Both the position numbers and the translations under genes were made by a program. Below are positions 1 through 9,897 of a stretch of DNA of 64,000 bases, piece by piece (position 1 is the stretch's first letter; each line of letters begins with the position of its first letter). The notes under the pieces were generated by a model, which was given only the letters and a program-made list of their open reading frames with translations, was not told the origin of the DNA and did not search any database. Source of the stretch: Parcubacteria group bacterium (lineage in GTDB: Bacteria; Patescibacteriota; Minisyncoccia; Moranbacterales; UBA11712); contig JBAZXV010000003.1 in the NCBI GenBank assembly GCA_041659685.1, forward strand, positions 2,040 to 66,039, read 5' to 3'.

Positions 1-449
1 TACGGCATTTTGTAAAAGCCTTTCAAACACGGCCGCGGCAGTGGCGAACGTGGCAGAGACAAAAGTAGCCAGGGTGCCCACGACAACAAAGCCCGCCGGA
101 TCGTCATCCTTGTTATGAAATATTCTTATGTAAAGCACTGCCGCAATAATTAAGACGCTAAGTATGATTGCAGAGTATTTTATTGTCCGCAAAGCTTTCA
201 CAGAGCTTAGTGAAAATACTTTATTTTGCCCGATGAATCCCAGCAGTTTAAACGCTTGATACAGCGCCACAAAAAATGGGACAGACGCTAAGTACATATA
301 TGCTATTAACGGATCCCGGTAGATGCTAAACAGGTCTAGGTTTGCGGCTCTCCCCTCGGTCAAGGGAAACCGAATCATGGCGGCAAGTGTTCCGATCCCG
401 ATAAGTGAAATTACTATCCTTAGAAATATAATTGAACCTCGTTTCATAG
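1..449 (-). CDS. multi-pass membrane protein, DUF2975-like (C-terminus lies beyond the window start)
   Basis: Reverse-strand ORF starting with ATG at 449-447. Translation MKRGSIIFLRIVISLIGIGTLAAMIRFPL... contains several hydrophobic helices. The ORF runs off the window edge. Confidence 0.5.
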
Positions 450-820
450 ATGGCTTTTTATATTATTAATAACTTCAGTTTAATCTATCGCTTATCGTTT
501 GTCAATATCTTTTTATCGTTTTACCTATACCGCGAAACTAAGCAAGTGAAAGCTACCCCAACATTCAATGTTGGGAAAATATTAAGAAAACTAACCCACC
601 CCCAGCGAGAAACCCGTCTGCACCATCGGTGGGTTTTCTTTTTTGGCTCAACACAAAAGGCAATTTTTCGCTTTTAATATGCCTCTTTCTATTTTTCAGT
701 ATTTGACAAGGGGAAAAAATTTTGCTTCAATACCATGTCCAACTGGACACCAATTCTGTTCCTACAACCCCAAACTAACCGCGCCCAAATATTCACGACC
801 CAATAAGGAGAAAGTCAGAA

Positions 821-1801
821 ATGAAAAAGGTTACATACGGCGTTGCTGGCTGTGGCGAACATGCGCTTCGGGCGCATGTTCTTCCGGGAAAAGATATTCC
901 GGAGCTCGAACTGAATGGCATTTGCGACATCAATCCGGACAACCTTGCCCGTTTTTGCGAAAATTTCGGAGGCGGCCTGACGAGTTACAGCAGCATCGAA
1001 AAACTGCTGGCCGCACCGGACCTCGACGCGGTTCTGATTGCCACGCCGGACGAGTTCCATCTCGAGCAGCTGCGTTTGGCGATCGGCGCCGGAAAGCACG
1101 TATTGATCGAAAAGCCGCTGGCCGTCAAACACGCCGACCTCGAAGACCTGGATTGTCTCCTTCGTTTGGCGGCTTCTCGCGGCCTCGTCGTCACTACCTG
1201 CCATCCGCGGCGCTTTGACCCGCCGTTTACGTGGATTAAAAACCGAATGGGGACCGCCATCGAGGAGCTCGGACCGGTCGCCTCATTCAATTTCGATTTC
1301 TCCTACCACCGGCCCGAAGCCGCGTGGAAAGCCAGCCGGAGTTTGCTGCTGGATCATCTCAACCATGAGATTGATCTGGTGCACTATATTCTCGGCATCA
1401 CATCTTTCGATGCGGAAATGGTCTCTGATTCGTTCGACCATTACCGTGTCACGGGACAGCGGGACGACGGAATCTTCCTGAATTTCCACGGCACTCGCCG
1501 TTTGGAAAGCAAGGTCTATCTCGAGTCGCTGGTCCTTCGCCACGACCGCGGCGAAATAAGGATCGATGCCCACTCCGGTTCCGCCGTAATAGCCAACCAT
1601 GAAACCGGTGAAACCCATGTCCGGGACTGTGGGATGACCGACTATTATATCCGGTCTCTCCGCATCATGCGGAATTTTGTGGAAACGATCCAAGGCGTCT
1701 CCGAGAATTACCTGACGCCTCAGGACCTGTGGGTGAACAACTGGCTGGGAACAACTCTCAAGGAATATGGACACGCCAAGTTCAGCCTGGAGCCCATGTA
1801 A
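821..1801 (+). CDS. Gfo/Idh/MocA family NAD(P)-dependent oxidoreductase
   Basis: The N-terminal Rossmann region (GVAGCGEHALRAHV..DAVLIATPDEFH..EKP) is typical of the family. A strong SD (AAGGAGA) precedes the ATG and a rho-independent hairpin follows at about 1830-1872. Confidence 0.88.
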   Translation: MKKVTYGVAGCGEHALRAHVLPGKDIPELELNGICDINPDNLARFCENFGGGLTSYSSIEKLLAAPDLDAVLIATPDEFHLEQLRLAIGAGKHVLIEKPLAVKHADLEDLDCLLRLAASRGLVVTTCHPRRFDPPFTWIKNRMGTAIEELGPVASFNFDFSYHRPEAAWKASRSLLLDHLNHEIDLVHYILGITSFDAEMVSDSFDHYRVTGQRDDGIFLNFHGTRRLESKVYLESLVLRHDRGEIRIDAHSGSAVIANHETGETHVRDCGMTDYYIRSLRIMRNFVETIQGVSENYLTPQDLWVNNWLGTTLKEYGHAKFSLEPM

Positions 1802-1829
1802 GGTTCGAATTGACTCAAAGGAGACACTC

Positions 1830-1872
1830 AGCGGCGGTGAGAAATCAGCTTTACCTCTCACCGCCGTTTTTC
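1830..1872 (+). terminator. rho-independent terminator after the oxidoreductase gene
   Basis: GC-rich inverted repeat cggcggtgag...ctcaccgccg followed by TTTTT. Confidence 0.7.
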
Positions 1873-1934
1873 TATCCTGAAAAAATTTTCTGAGAATATT
1901 TAAATTTCTTCCCAACCAAAAATTAGAATTTAAT

Positions 1935-2040
1935 AAAACGCCCTGAACGGGCGGCTTTCTGTTTTCATGCCTAGGCTTGCCCGGAAAAACAGGAGTGATA
2001 AGATTAAGAAATGAAATAGAGGCTTCTGCGGAGGCTTTTG
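1935..2040 (+). repeat. composite intergenic repeat, long form: hairpin+T-run, CTTGCCCGGAAAAACAGGAGTGATAAGA core, degenerate double palindrome
   Basis: Shares the ..TTGCCCGAAA..GGAGTGATAGGATAAA..AGAGGCTTCT..GAGGC.. consensus with copies at 3193, 4585, 5655, 6600, 7925 and 36530. Confidence 0.7.
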
Positions 2041-2058
2041 TCCCCTATCGAAAAATAT

Positions 2059-3186
2059 ATGAAAAAGGAACCAACAATTGAAAATTTGGGCTGGGATGCC
2101 TTTTTTGAAGCGGGCCGGGCGAAGCTTGGACTGGGCGCTTTTCGGGTTGCGCGGGTGATTGCCGAACATCGAGGCGCCTATAAAGTCAAAAATGCCGAGG
2201 GTGAATATTTGGCCAGAATAACCGGTAAACAAATTTTCGACGCGAAATCGCGGGAAGATTATCCGGCCGTCGGCGATTGGGTCGCCATTTCCGAAGCTGG
2301 CGGGCGGCAGGCCGTCATCCGGGCAGTTTTGCCGAGAAAGACAATAATCAAAAGAAAGTATGGCGATAAAAATAAAACTGGTGAAAAAGATGAAACTCAA
2401 ATCATCGCCACGAATATTGATGTGGCGTTTGCCGTCGAATCGGTCGACCGGGACTATAACCTGAACCGCCTGGAAAGATATTTTGCCATCGCCCGGGACG
2501 GCGGAATAAATCCTGCCGTAGTACTCAATAAAATAGATTTGATTTCCAGTGAAGAATTAAACTCAAAGCTTGTCCAAATAAAAAACAGGTTCAAAAATAT
2601 TGATGTCATTCCTGCCAGCGCTTTCAATGACGAAGGACTGGCTGATTTGAAAGGATATTTAAAAAAAGAAAAAACCTATTGCTTCCTCGGCTCGTCGGGT
2701 GTCGGAAAATCATCCCTCATCAACAAACTGCTGGGAGAAGATATCCTAAAAACCGAAAATATCGGGGAACGTTCCGGCAGGGGCAAACACGCGACAACCG
2801 GCCGGGAAATGTTTTTCTTACGGGAGGGCCCCGACGCTACGGCCGGGGCAGGCGCCATTGTGATTGATAATCCCGGAGTGCGAGAAGTGGGAATGACGGA
2901 CACAGGCGCCGGAGTCGGCGATGTATTTCAGGAAATAACCGCTCTCGGAAGAGACTGCAAATATGCCGATTGCACGCACGTCCATGAACCGGGCTGCGCG
3001 GTTCTCGGCGCAGTCAAAGCGGGCCGGCTGGATGAAAGCCAATACGCGAATTATATCAGCCTCAAAAAAGAAGCTGAGCATTTTGAAATGACCGGATTTG
3101 AGAAAAAAGAAAAAAACCGCCAGTTCGGAAAGTTTTTGAAAAAAGCGAAAAAGGAATTGAGAGACGCTGGACATAAGGATTATTGA
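2059..3186 (+). CDS. rsgA: ribosome small-subunit-dependent GTPase A (circularly permuted GTPase RsgA/YjeQ)
   Basis: Circularly permuted G motifs (NKIDL ... GSSGVGKSSLIN ... DNPG) are present. A C-terminal Zn-finger-like CxHxxEPGC motif is also present. The ATG at 2059 is preferred over the TTG at 2038. Confidence 0.88.
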   Translation: MKKEPTIENLGWDAFFEAGRAKLGLGAFRVARVIAEHRGAYKVKNAEGEYLARITGKQIFDAKSREDYPAVGDWVAISEAGGRQAVIRAVLPRKTIIKRKYGDKNKTGEKDETQIIATNIDVAFAVESVDRDYNLNRLERYFAIARDGGINPAVVLNKIDLISSEELNSKLVQIKNRFKNIDVIPASAFNDEGLADLKGYLKKEKTYCFLGSSGVGKSSLINKLLGEDILKTENIGERSGRGKHATTGREMFFLREGPDATAGAGAIVIDNPGVREVGMTDTGAGVGDVFQEITALGRDCKYADCTHVHEPGCAVLGAVKAGRLDESQYANYISLKKEAEHFEMTGFEKKEKNRQFGKFLKKAKKELRDAGHKDY

Positions 3187-3192
3187 ATCATT

Positions 3193-3250
3193 TTGCCGAA
3201 AAAAACAGGAGTAATAGAAAGAAAATAGAGGCTTCTATGGAGGCCTCTAA
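3193..3250 (+). repeat. composite intergenic repeat, long form, ending in AATAGAGGCTTCTATGGAGGCCTCTAA
   Basis: Same consensus as the other long-form copies and the same + orientation. Lies immediately 3' of rsgA. Confidence 0.75.
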
Positions 3251-3477
3251 ATATTTCCTAAGGTTAAACTTTAGAAAACGCTAGACTTGACTTTTACTGG
3301 TTAAAAGTGTATCTTTCCAAATCAAATTTAGACATTGATTTTGATCCTGTTTTCCTTCAGAACGCAAGATTTGCGTTTTGCGCGGTATACGGGATCGCTC
3401 CTGCATATCCTGCCAGTCGCCCGGCGGGGTGGTCCTCGCAGACCATCAAAAAAAGTTCTTTGCAAGAGGAGATTACC

Positions 3478-4449
3478 ATGCAAGAAGATTTTATTTCGCG
3501 GATTCAGGGCTTCACTGACCTTCCGGATCGAGGCATGGAAGCGGTTGTTCAAAGAATGGAATACCCTTTCCTGCTTCACGAAATTTTCATTCCTGGTTGT
3601 TCCGCGCAGGATGAAGCGAAGTCCATAAAGGACCAATTGCTCCCTGCTATTTACTTCTATATGGAAAACTGGCTGCCTCTGGCACTCGATAAGGGGAAGA
3701 AGATCCAAGATGTCTATCGGCATTTTTTTGACTTCCCCCTGGATTTCGAAGTGGAAAAAGTATACTTGAAAGTTGTCCAGGGCAAAGAGTATTGCGACAT
3801 CCATGTTCTTCTGAATAATTCCAGCCTCCAGGTGAAGAGGTTCGGCAATTGTCTCGGAATTAGGATAGTCTCTGAGAACTCCAAAAAGGATCCGCATGGA
3901 ACCGGCACGGCAATCTTGGAACAATTTACGAAAAATACTTCCTCGCCGGTGGCAAATTTTTGGCACAGTGCCGATTTCATTGTCCCATTGCTGAGGCGTC
4001 ACAGAGAACCTTTCTCGGTGATTATTGATCTGGATGAGACATACATCCGCCTCGTGAAATCCTGTCCATTCGTGAAATGGATTCCTTTCCCGGAATTCGC
4101 CAAAATCATTGATGCCTACAAGACGAAAAAATCCGTGTTAGCGGGAAAATGTCAGGGCATCTCGATAATGGCGGAATTTATCCATTATACTAACGATGAG
4201 ATTGTGAAGTCAGAGGTGTATCGGAGAGGAAATGTCAGGAATTTCGAGGATTTCCTGGTCACTTTTTCTCGCGGCGATGACCTCTGCCTCAAGATCACGG
4301 CCAATAGCGGCCTTCCGAAGAACAGCTTTTCGACGAATGTCGCTTTGGACCTGGATGTGAGTAATCTGCAATCCGTCCTGAAAGACGTTGCGTCGATGCT
4401 CTATTTTCAATTGTCGGCGCAGACGCTCAACGATCGCCAGAGAAAATAG
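3478..4449 (+). CDS. hypothetical protein
   Basis: Long ORF. The internal ATG at 3478 has an AGGAGA SD, whereas the upstream part of the track ORF overlaps repeat sequence. No recognisable domain. Confidence 0.6.
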   Translation: MQEDFISRIQGFTDLPDRGMEAVVQRMEYPFLLHEIFIPGCSAQDEAKSIKDQLLPAIYFYMENWLPLALDKGKKIQDVYRHFFDFPLDFEVEKVYLKVVQGKEYCDIHVLLNNSSLQVKRFGNCLGIRIVSENSKKDPHGTGTAILEQFTKNTSSPVANFWHSADFIVPLLRRHREPFSVIIDLDETYIRLVKSCPFVKWIPFPEFAKIIDAYKTKKSVLAGKCQGISIMAEFIHYTNDEIVKSEVYRRGNVRNFEDFLVTFSRGDDLCLKITANSGLPKNSFSTNVALDLDVSNLQSVLKDVASMLYFQLSAQTLNDRQRK

Positions 4450-4524
4450 CCGTCAGGCGCGAGAAATTGAGACGTTCACTCCCGCCCGATCGACGGCTTC
4501 CGAGCCACTAGCCCAAAGAAAAAA

Positions 4525-4650
4525 GACGGCGCGTTGCCTATCGTGGACGCGCCGTTTTTCAATGGAGAAATAATATTTTCACCCCTGGCTTGCCCGAAAA
4601 AAACAGGGGCGATATGATAAAGGAATGAATTAGAGGCTTCTGTGAAGACC
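4525..4650 (+). repeat. composite repeat: terminator-like hairpin (GGCGCGTTGCCTATCGTGGACGCGCC+T5), CAATGGAGAAATAATA, long-form core
   Basis: Near-identical to 6559-6685 and related to 7882-8006. Confidence 0.75.
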
Positions 4651-4654
4651 TGCA

Positions 4655-4870
4655 AAAAAATCGACGCTGAATCCTTGGCAAGGTTCAATCTTAACGAAGT
4701 ATTATTTTCCAAACTTAGCATTTTGATACGGCCGTGGGAAAATGCTAAGTTTGGAAGAAATGAAAATGAAGGAGAAATGCATCAAAGGAATGGCTGAGAT
4801 AGCCATTATTTTGTTCATCTCCCCCGACTTTTCCCGAAAAACAGAGATTTCTGCAGAGGCTTTTATTCTG
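4655..4870 (+). repeat. 220-bp repeat unit containing a long hairpin (16-bp stem CCAAACTTAGCATTTT/AAAATGCTAAGTTTGG, 14-nt loop) followed by a degenerate long-form core
   Basis: A second copy lies at 36374-36603 with about 85% identity. Small ORFs inside (4742..4936, 36395..36601) are not conserved in frame. Confidence 0.75.
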
Positions 4871-5005
4871 AATTTAAAAAACAGCGCCGAAAGCGTTGTT
4901 TGTGAATTCCCAGAAGCTGATGCGGATTTAAAATAATATTTTTACTGCGGCCTATAAGTCCTCATTTATTTTGAAGCTGCCCGGCGCGACAATCCGCACC
5001 GGGCG

Positions 5006-5491
5006 CTACAGTCCAAAAACCGCTTTTCTGCCCGCCCGGGAAAAGGCGGCAAAGGTATAGAAAAATGCATCCGCCACCATAGTCCCCGCGACTATGCCCC
5101 AGAATAGATCCCCAATGATATGCGGGAAAAATGAGAGGCAAAACGGGCGAATAACGGTAATATCCAAGAATTCCCCTGTCCCGAAGTCACAGATCACATT
5201 TCTGAAACTCCTGAAAAAAATTCCCGGATATGATCGAAGGTTGCCCCTGCTTCCCTTCCCGAGCCGATGAATATAGACGGCCAGCTCTTGAAGTGAAACG
5301 GCGGAGTAGAAAAAAATAAAATCAGCGCCATTCCCGGCTTCCGCGATAACCAGCCAGTGAGCGTTCCTCATTGTGTAGACGCCCCAGGCCGTGCCCAAAT
5401 ACGAGCACAGTTGGCCGAAAAGAAAATTCTTCGACCAGTATTTTGCCGCTTTCCTGGCCGACGAGAATACTCTCTTCATTTCCCCTCCCAT
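5006..5491 (-). CDS. hypothetical membrane protein
   Basis: 161-aa ORF with hydrophobic segments (FWGIVAGTMVADAFFYTFAAF). No competing ORF. Function unknown. Confidence 0.45.
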   Translation of the reverse strand: MGGEMKRVFSSARKAAKYWSKNFLFGQLCSYLGTAWGVYTMRNAHWLVIAEAGNGADFIFFYSAVSLQELAVYIHRLGKGSRGNLRSYPGIFFRSFRNVICDFGTGEFLDITVIRPFCLSFFPHIIGDLFWGIVAGTMVADAFFYTFAAFSRAGRKAVFGL

Positions 5492-5654
5492 GGCCTCTTA
5501 TTGAGAGGCAATCAGAATATTTTTTCTCCCGTGTTTAAAGGAACTTCTTTCTTATTCTCCGCTTCAACTGATTTGGCAGGCTACACCTAAAAATGCCTTC
5601 TGTCAATCTGGTTTACGCTCATTTGCCTCTCGCGGATGGTTTTTGTGTTTTTTC

Positions 5655-5700
5655 CACCCCGCCCTTGCCCGAAATACGAGGAGTGATAGGATGAAATAAA
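5655..5700 (+). repeat. long-form repeat core without the double palindrome (CCCTTGCCCGAAATACGAGGAGTGATAGGATGAAATAAATG)
   Basis: Matches the consensus of the long-form family. Confidence 0.65.
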
Positions 5701-5754
5701 TGATTTTAAGGTTCAACCTTAGCGAGGCGTTATTTTTAAGTAATTTATTCTTTA

Positions 5755-6536
5755 TGGGCGATCATCTCAAAAAAATTTCGAAACTGAAAAAATTAAATTT
5801 TGCGGCAAGGCAAAATTTTCATTTTGATAAAAAAAGAGCTGAGAAGTATGAAAACGCTCATGATTACAGGACGAGAACTTTTGATTGGATGGCTAAAACA
5901 ATCAGACCCTGTTTAGCCCAAGCTGAATCCGCCCTTGATGTAGGAACTGGTACCGGCGACTTGGTGAGATCAATAAAAATAAAGGGCGTTTTTACCGGCT
6001 TGGATGTCTCAAAGAATATGTTGGATGTCGCAAGAAAAAAGTGCTCTCATGGCAATTTTGTTCTTGGCAACGCCTATTCCCTGCCCTTCGATGACGAAAG
6101 TTTTGAAGTGGTGATCTACAAATATGCCCTGCATCATCTCAAAAGGCCCTTAAACTCGCTTATCGAGGCATTCAGAGTCATGAAGAATAATGGCCAAGTT
6201 ATCATTGCAGATGTGGCATCGTTTAAAAATAAATCGCATCACTCTATTTTCAAAAAGCTAAACAGCCTCAGGGAGCCGGCGAATTACGAATATCGAACCA
6301 TCGAAACAATACTCAGATTATTGGATAAAGCTGGTTTCAAAAAAGCCAGGATCGTAAAAAAGGATTTTAATTTGATTTTAGAAGATTGGCTGAATCATTT
6401 CTATGAACCTGAAAAAACAATAAACCTGGTCTTAGATTCGCCGATCTCATTCAAAGAGGTTATAAGGTTGAAATCTTTATCGAACCAAAAACATCAAATA
6501 ACACTTACATCCTTTGTCGTTACGGCAAAAAAATAA
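5755..6536 (+). CDS. class I SAM-dependent methyltransferase (Methyltransf_11-like)
   Basis: Motif I LDVGTGTGDL is present, with an acidic motif II/post-I pattern. The start is uncertain (5700, 5755 or later) because the 5' end overlaps a repeat. Confidence 0.75.
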
Positions 6537-6558
6537 ATTGCCAATAAAATTTATCGAT

Positions 6559-6685
6559 ACGGCGCGTTGCCTATCGTGGACGCGCCGTTTTTCAATGGAG
6601 AAATAATATCTCCTCTCCCCCCTTGCTCGAAAAACGAGAAGTGGTAGGATAAATGGATAAATAAAGAGAGACTTCTATAAAAAAT
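6559..6685 (+). repeat. composite repeat: terminator-like hairpin, CAATGGAGAAATAATA, long-form core, degenerate palindrome
   Basis: Near-identical to 4525-4650. Confidence 0.75.
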
Positions 6686-6695
6686 TAACAAAGTA

Positions 6696-7193
6696 ATGAA
6701 AAAAATTTTAGTCACAGGAAATGCCGGCGCCGGAAAAAGCACTTTTAGTCAAAAGCTTGGGGAAAAGTTGAAAATGGAAGTGCATGGTCTCGACAAAATT
6801 GTTTGGCGGCCGGGCTGGAAAAAAACTCCCGACAATGAAAAGAAAGAACTGATCAAAAAGATTACGGACGGAGAAGAGTGGATTATAGACGGTGTGTCTC
6901 AAGATGTTTTCAATGAAGCGGAGGTTGTCATCTTTTTAGATTTTCCAAAGAGAGTTTGTTATTGGAGAGTATTTAAGCGCAATTGGAAATATTTATTTTC
7001 TTCGCGACCGGGGCTTCCAGAAAATTGCCCCGAAATATTGATCATGAAACGGCTCGCGCTGATCATCTGGAAATTTCACAAAAATTATCGTCCGAACCTA
7101 TTGTCCGAAATGAAAAAGCATGAGCAAGCCAAAATAATAGTCCATATTAATTCAAATAAACTGCTGGAGGATTTTCTCTCGCAGGCCGGTTAA
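6696..7193 (+). CDS. P-loop NTPase, adenylate-kinase-like (topology modulation protein-like)
   Basis: N-terminal Walker A motif GNAGAGKST. Size and pattern match the small AAA/adenylate-kinase-like family. Confidence 0.75.
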   Translation: MKKILVTGNAGAGKSTFSQKLGEKLKMEVHGLDKIVWRPGWKKTPDNEKKELIKKITDGEEWIIDGVSQDVFNEAEVVIFLDFPKRVCYWRVFKRNWKYLFSSRPGLPENCPEILIMKRLALIIWKFHKNYRPNLLSEMKKHEQAKIIVHINSNKLLEDFLSQAG

Positions 7194-7397
7194 TTTTCAA
7201 TAAGATCCGAGGCATATTCCTCAAATAAATCTTCAAAAGCAAGGTTTTATGCCTTGTTTTTTGTTTTCTGGTTAAACTTGACTTAATTATAAAAATATGC
7301 TTAAATATAGTGTTATCTTCCCATTCGGGAGGCTAGCCTCTGCCATAAGCAAATATGGTATTATCCCAATACAATAATAATCCCGGAGGGTAATTCC

Positions 7398-7838
7398 ATG
7401 AACTGGAAACTGAAATTAGTCTGCAGCTGGGCATTGGTTCTTTCATTGTTTGTAACAATCATCCTGCATTGCACCATCTTTATGGTCACCGCAATGGGGC
7501 TGCAGGAAGGTAGTTATTGGGAAACACGCACCGGCGAAATTCGGGGTGAAACCGTCGACTATCGCGTCGAGCTTCGGCAGCTGATCGCCAAAAAGTGTAT
7601 CCGATACGGATATGAACTTCGGGTTATCAGCCAGGTGATCGAGCTCGTTCCCAAAGGCGGGTCCGGCGAAACTATTGTCGGACACGACTTCGAAGGCAAC
7701 GGCTCCTGGAAGCTGGCTGTCTATCATGAGGCAACTGAAGTTCCTGGGAGTAAATTTTCGGCCATCAACGGTGCCATCGAGGCCCGGAAATTGATCGGCC
7801 AAGCTGTAAAAATTCTGCCTGCCCAGCCCCTGATCTAA
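7398..7838 (+). CDS. hypothetical membrane-anchored protein
   Basis: N-terminal TM segment. A TTGACT..N17..TTAAAT promoter-like sequence lies at about 7280-7310. Confidence 0.5.
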   Translation: MNWKLKLVCSWALVLSLFVTIILHCTIFMVTAMGLQEGSYWETRTGEIRGETVDYRVELRQLIAKKCIRYGYELRVISQVIELVPKGGSGETIVGHDFEGNGSWKLAVYHEATEVPGSKFSAINGAIEARKLIGQAVKILPAQPLI

Positions 7839-7881
7839 GGGCAAGAAGTTCTGGATAAGAATTATGCACTTTCGAAAAAAG

Positions 7882-8006
7882 AACAGCGCGCTGCCTATTC
7901 GGACGCGCTGTTTTCATTTGCCGAAATTCTATTTCACTCCCGCCCTCGCCCGAAATATGAGGAGTGGTAGGATAAAAGGAATAGAGGCTTCTATAGAGGC
8001 CTCTGA
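7882..8006 (+). repeat. composite repeat: hairpin+T-run, long-form core, AATAGAGGCTTCTATAGAGGCCTCTGAA
   Basis: Same family and the same orientation. Confidence 0.75.
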
Positions 8007-8102
8007 ATTTTTACCAGGATGATTCATCTATCAACTGCCGAAATATTGCTTGATTTTCAAGGCAAAAGAGAGTAGTTTGAGAAAAACCGTCAGCACAAAC
8101 CT

Positions 8103-9065
8103 ATGGCTCAAAAATCAAGCCTTCTGGCCATTCTCAAGGCAATCATCATGGTTATCTTCCTACCGATTACTTTGATTTGGATTGTTTGGAAAAAGACCGA
8201 CTGGGAAAAAAGAAACAAATGGATCGCAACCGCCGCTGTCGTGGTTGTTTTTTTGTTCATGATCCCGTCCGATGAGAAAAAAGATCCTGTTGAGCAAAAA
8301 GCGGCTACGCAAGCAGAAAATCAAGTCCGAAGCGAGAATCAATCAACTGAAACTGTTGCGACAGAAGTGGAGCAACTTGCCGGCGATCAGAAAGAAGAAA
8401 TGCAAAAACCGGAAGGAGAAATATTCAAAGTGGCTCACGTTGTTGACGGCGACACAATCAAACTCGAGAACGGCCAAGTGGTGCGATATATTGGAATTGA
8501 TACTCCGGAAACAGTCGATCCCAGAAAACCGGTGCAATGTTTTGGAAAGGAAGCGAGCTCCAAAAACAAAGAGCTGGTCGAAGGAAAAGAGGTGAGGCTC
8601 GTGAAAGATGTTTCCGAAACTGACAAATATGACCGGCTTCTCCGGTATATTTATGTCGGTGATATTTTCGTGAATGATTATCTCGCGCGAAACGGCTTTG
8701 CCAAATCTTCGACTTATCCGCCGGATGTGAAATATCAGGAACAATTCAAAAAAGCCGAAGAAGAAGCGAGAATCAATAAGCGGGGCCTATGGGCCGAAGG
8801 CGCTTGTCAAACCGAAACCGCACCCGAGGAAAAAACTCCAGCCTCATCCCCCGCCCCGTCGACCCAGGCTCCGGCACCAGCGAGCGTGACCGCACCCGTT
8901 CAATCGACGACTCCAAGCTCAACCGGAACTTTTGCCTGCAACTGCTCGAAAACCTGTCCTCAAATGAGCTCCTGCGCCGAAGCTCAATATCAGCTCAATG
9001 TCTGCGGCTGCACGAGAAGAGACGCCGACCACGACGGCATCGCCTGCGACGCGGATTGCCAGTGA
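8103..9065 (+). CDS. membrane-anchored thermonuclease (SNase family) with C-terminal Excalibur Ca-binding domain
   Basis: SNase motifs (VVDGDTIKL, RYIGIDTPE, DRLLRYIYV) are present. The N-terminus has a TM helix. The C-terminus has a Cys-rich DxDxDGxxC Excalibur signature (DADHDGIACDADC). Confidence 0.85.
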   Translation: MAQKSSLLAILKAIIMVIFLPITLIWIVWKKTDWEKRNKWIATAAVVVVFLFMIPSDEKKDPVEQKAATQAENQVRSENQSTETVATEVEQLAGDQKEEMQKPEGEIFKVAHVVDGDTIKLENGQVVRYIGIDTPETVDPRKPVQCFGKEASSKNKELVEGKEVRLVKDVSETDKYDRLLRYIYVGDIFVNDYLARNGFAKSSTYPPDVKYQEQFKKAEEEARINKRGLWAEGACQTETAPEEKTPASSPAPSTQAPAPASVTAPVQSTTPSSTGTFACNCSKTCPQMSSCAEAQYQLNVCGCTRRDADHDGIACDADCQ

Positions 9066-9114
9066 TTGATTCCTAAGGGTCAACTTTCGGAGAGGTTAAG
9101 GTTTTGAATAAAAA

Positions 9115-9894
9115 ATGATTAAACGCTTTTTTGATAAAATAATTATCATCATTCTTATCCTTGAAATAAGTTGGTTTATTTTTATTTATTCCCATAATAG
9201 TACTCTTATTCAAGATATTTTAAAAAACATAAAAACGGATGCGTGGACTGCCATAGGGACTATATTTTTGGGCATGGTAGCATTACTTACGTTTTTCTAT
9301 GACAGATATAAAAATAGAAGAGCAAAAGTATCTATGTTAATTAACACCGTTCCGCCTGACTGTCATCAAATCGAACTTACCAATTCAAAAACTGGAGAAT
9401 TTATTTCGCAAAGTATCTATATAAGAATAAGAGTTGAACACATAGGAGGAAATTCTGCCGAAGATGCCGAAATAATGGTTTCAAATTTTTGGATTGTTAA
9501 TGATCATGGGGGGAAAATTGTAAAAAAAGCCTTTCTTCCGATGAATCTCACATGGAGTCATTTTGGCGGAAAAAAAAGGAGCGTACCCCGAGGACTATTT
9601 AGATACTGTGATTTTGGAAGATTTCAACCAAAATATACAAATAATACCCATACTATATTGCGGCTAGACACTGCAGTCCAACCCAATAGAGTGAGCGACG
9701 GTGAAATTCCCAATGTTATCGAGCCCGGAAAATATGAATTCGAGCTTATTCTTAGCGGCGTAAATTCAAATTTCATAAGAAAAAGATGGATTTTAGAGTT
9801 TAAAAAAAATTGGAGCGATGATGAAAGCGAAATGCTTAATGAACATATAATAATAAAGGAGAGAAAATGGTATAATTTTTTTGCGAATATTTAG
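9115..9894 (+). CDS. hypothetical membrane protein (2 N-terminal TM helices) in an AT-rich island
   Basis: Very AT-rich ORF. Its stop is 3 nt from the start of the next gene (operon). Confidence 0.55.
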   Translation: MIKRFFDKIIIIILILEISWFIFIYSHNSTLIQDILKNIKTDAWTAIGTIFLGMVALLTFFYDRYKNRRAKVSMLINTVPPDCHQIELTNSKTGEFISQSIYIRIRVEHIGGNSAEDAEIMVSNFWIVNDHGGKIVKKAFLPMNLTWSHFGGKKRSVPRGLFRYCDFGRFQPKYTNNTHTILRLDTAVQPNRVSDGEIPNVIEPGKYEFELILSGVNSNFIRKRWILEFKKNWSDDESEMLNEHIIIKERKWYNFFANI

Positions 9895-9897
9895 AAT

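Noticed and set aside
643-1290. Overlapping ORFs 643..1218 (+), 815..1204 (-) and 985..1290 (-)
   Set aside because: They are alternative frames within the GC-rich Gfo/Idh/MocA gene, which has a clear Rossmann signature, SD and terminator.
1800-1815. tRNA-like GGTTCGAAT T-loop motif
   Set aside because: It is an isolated 9-mer with no acceptor, anticodon or D-arm context. No tRNA could be folded around it.
4742-4936. ORFs 4742..4936 and 36395..36601 inside the 220-bp hairpin repeat
   Set aside because: The two repeat copies are about 85% identical in DNA but the reading frames and protein sequences are not conserved, which indicates non-coding repeat sequence.
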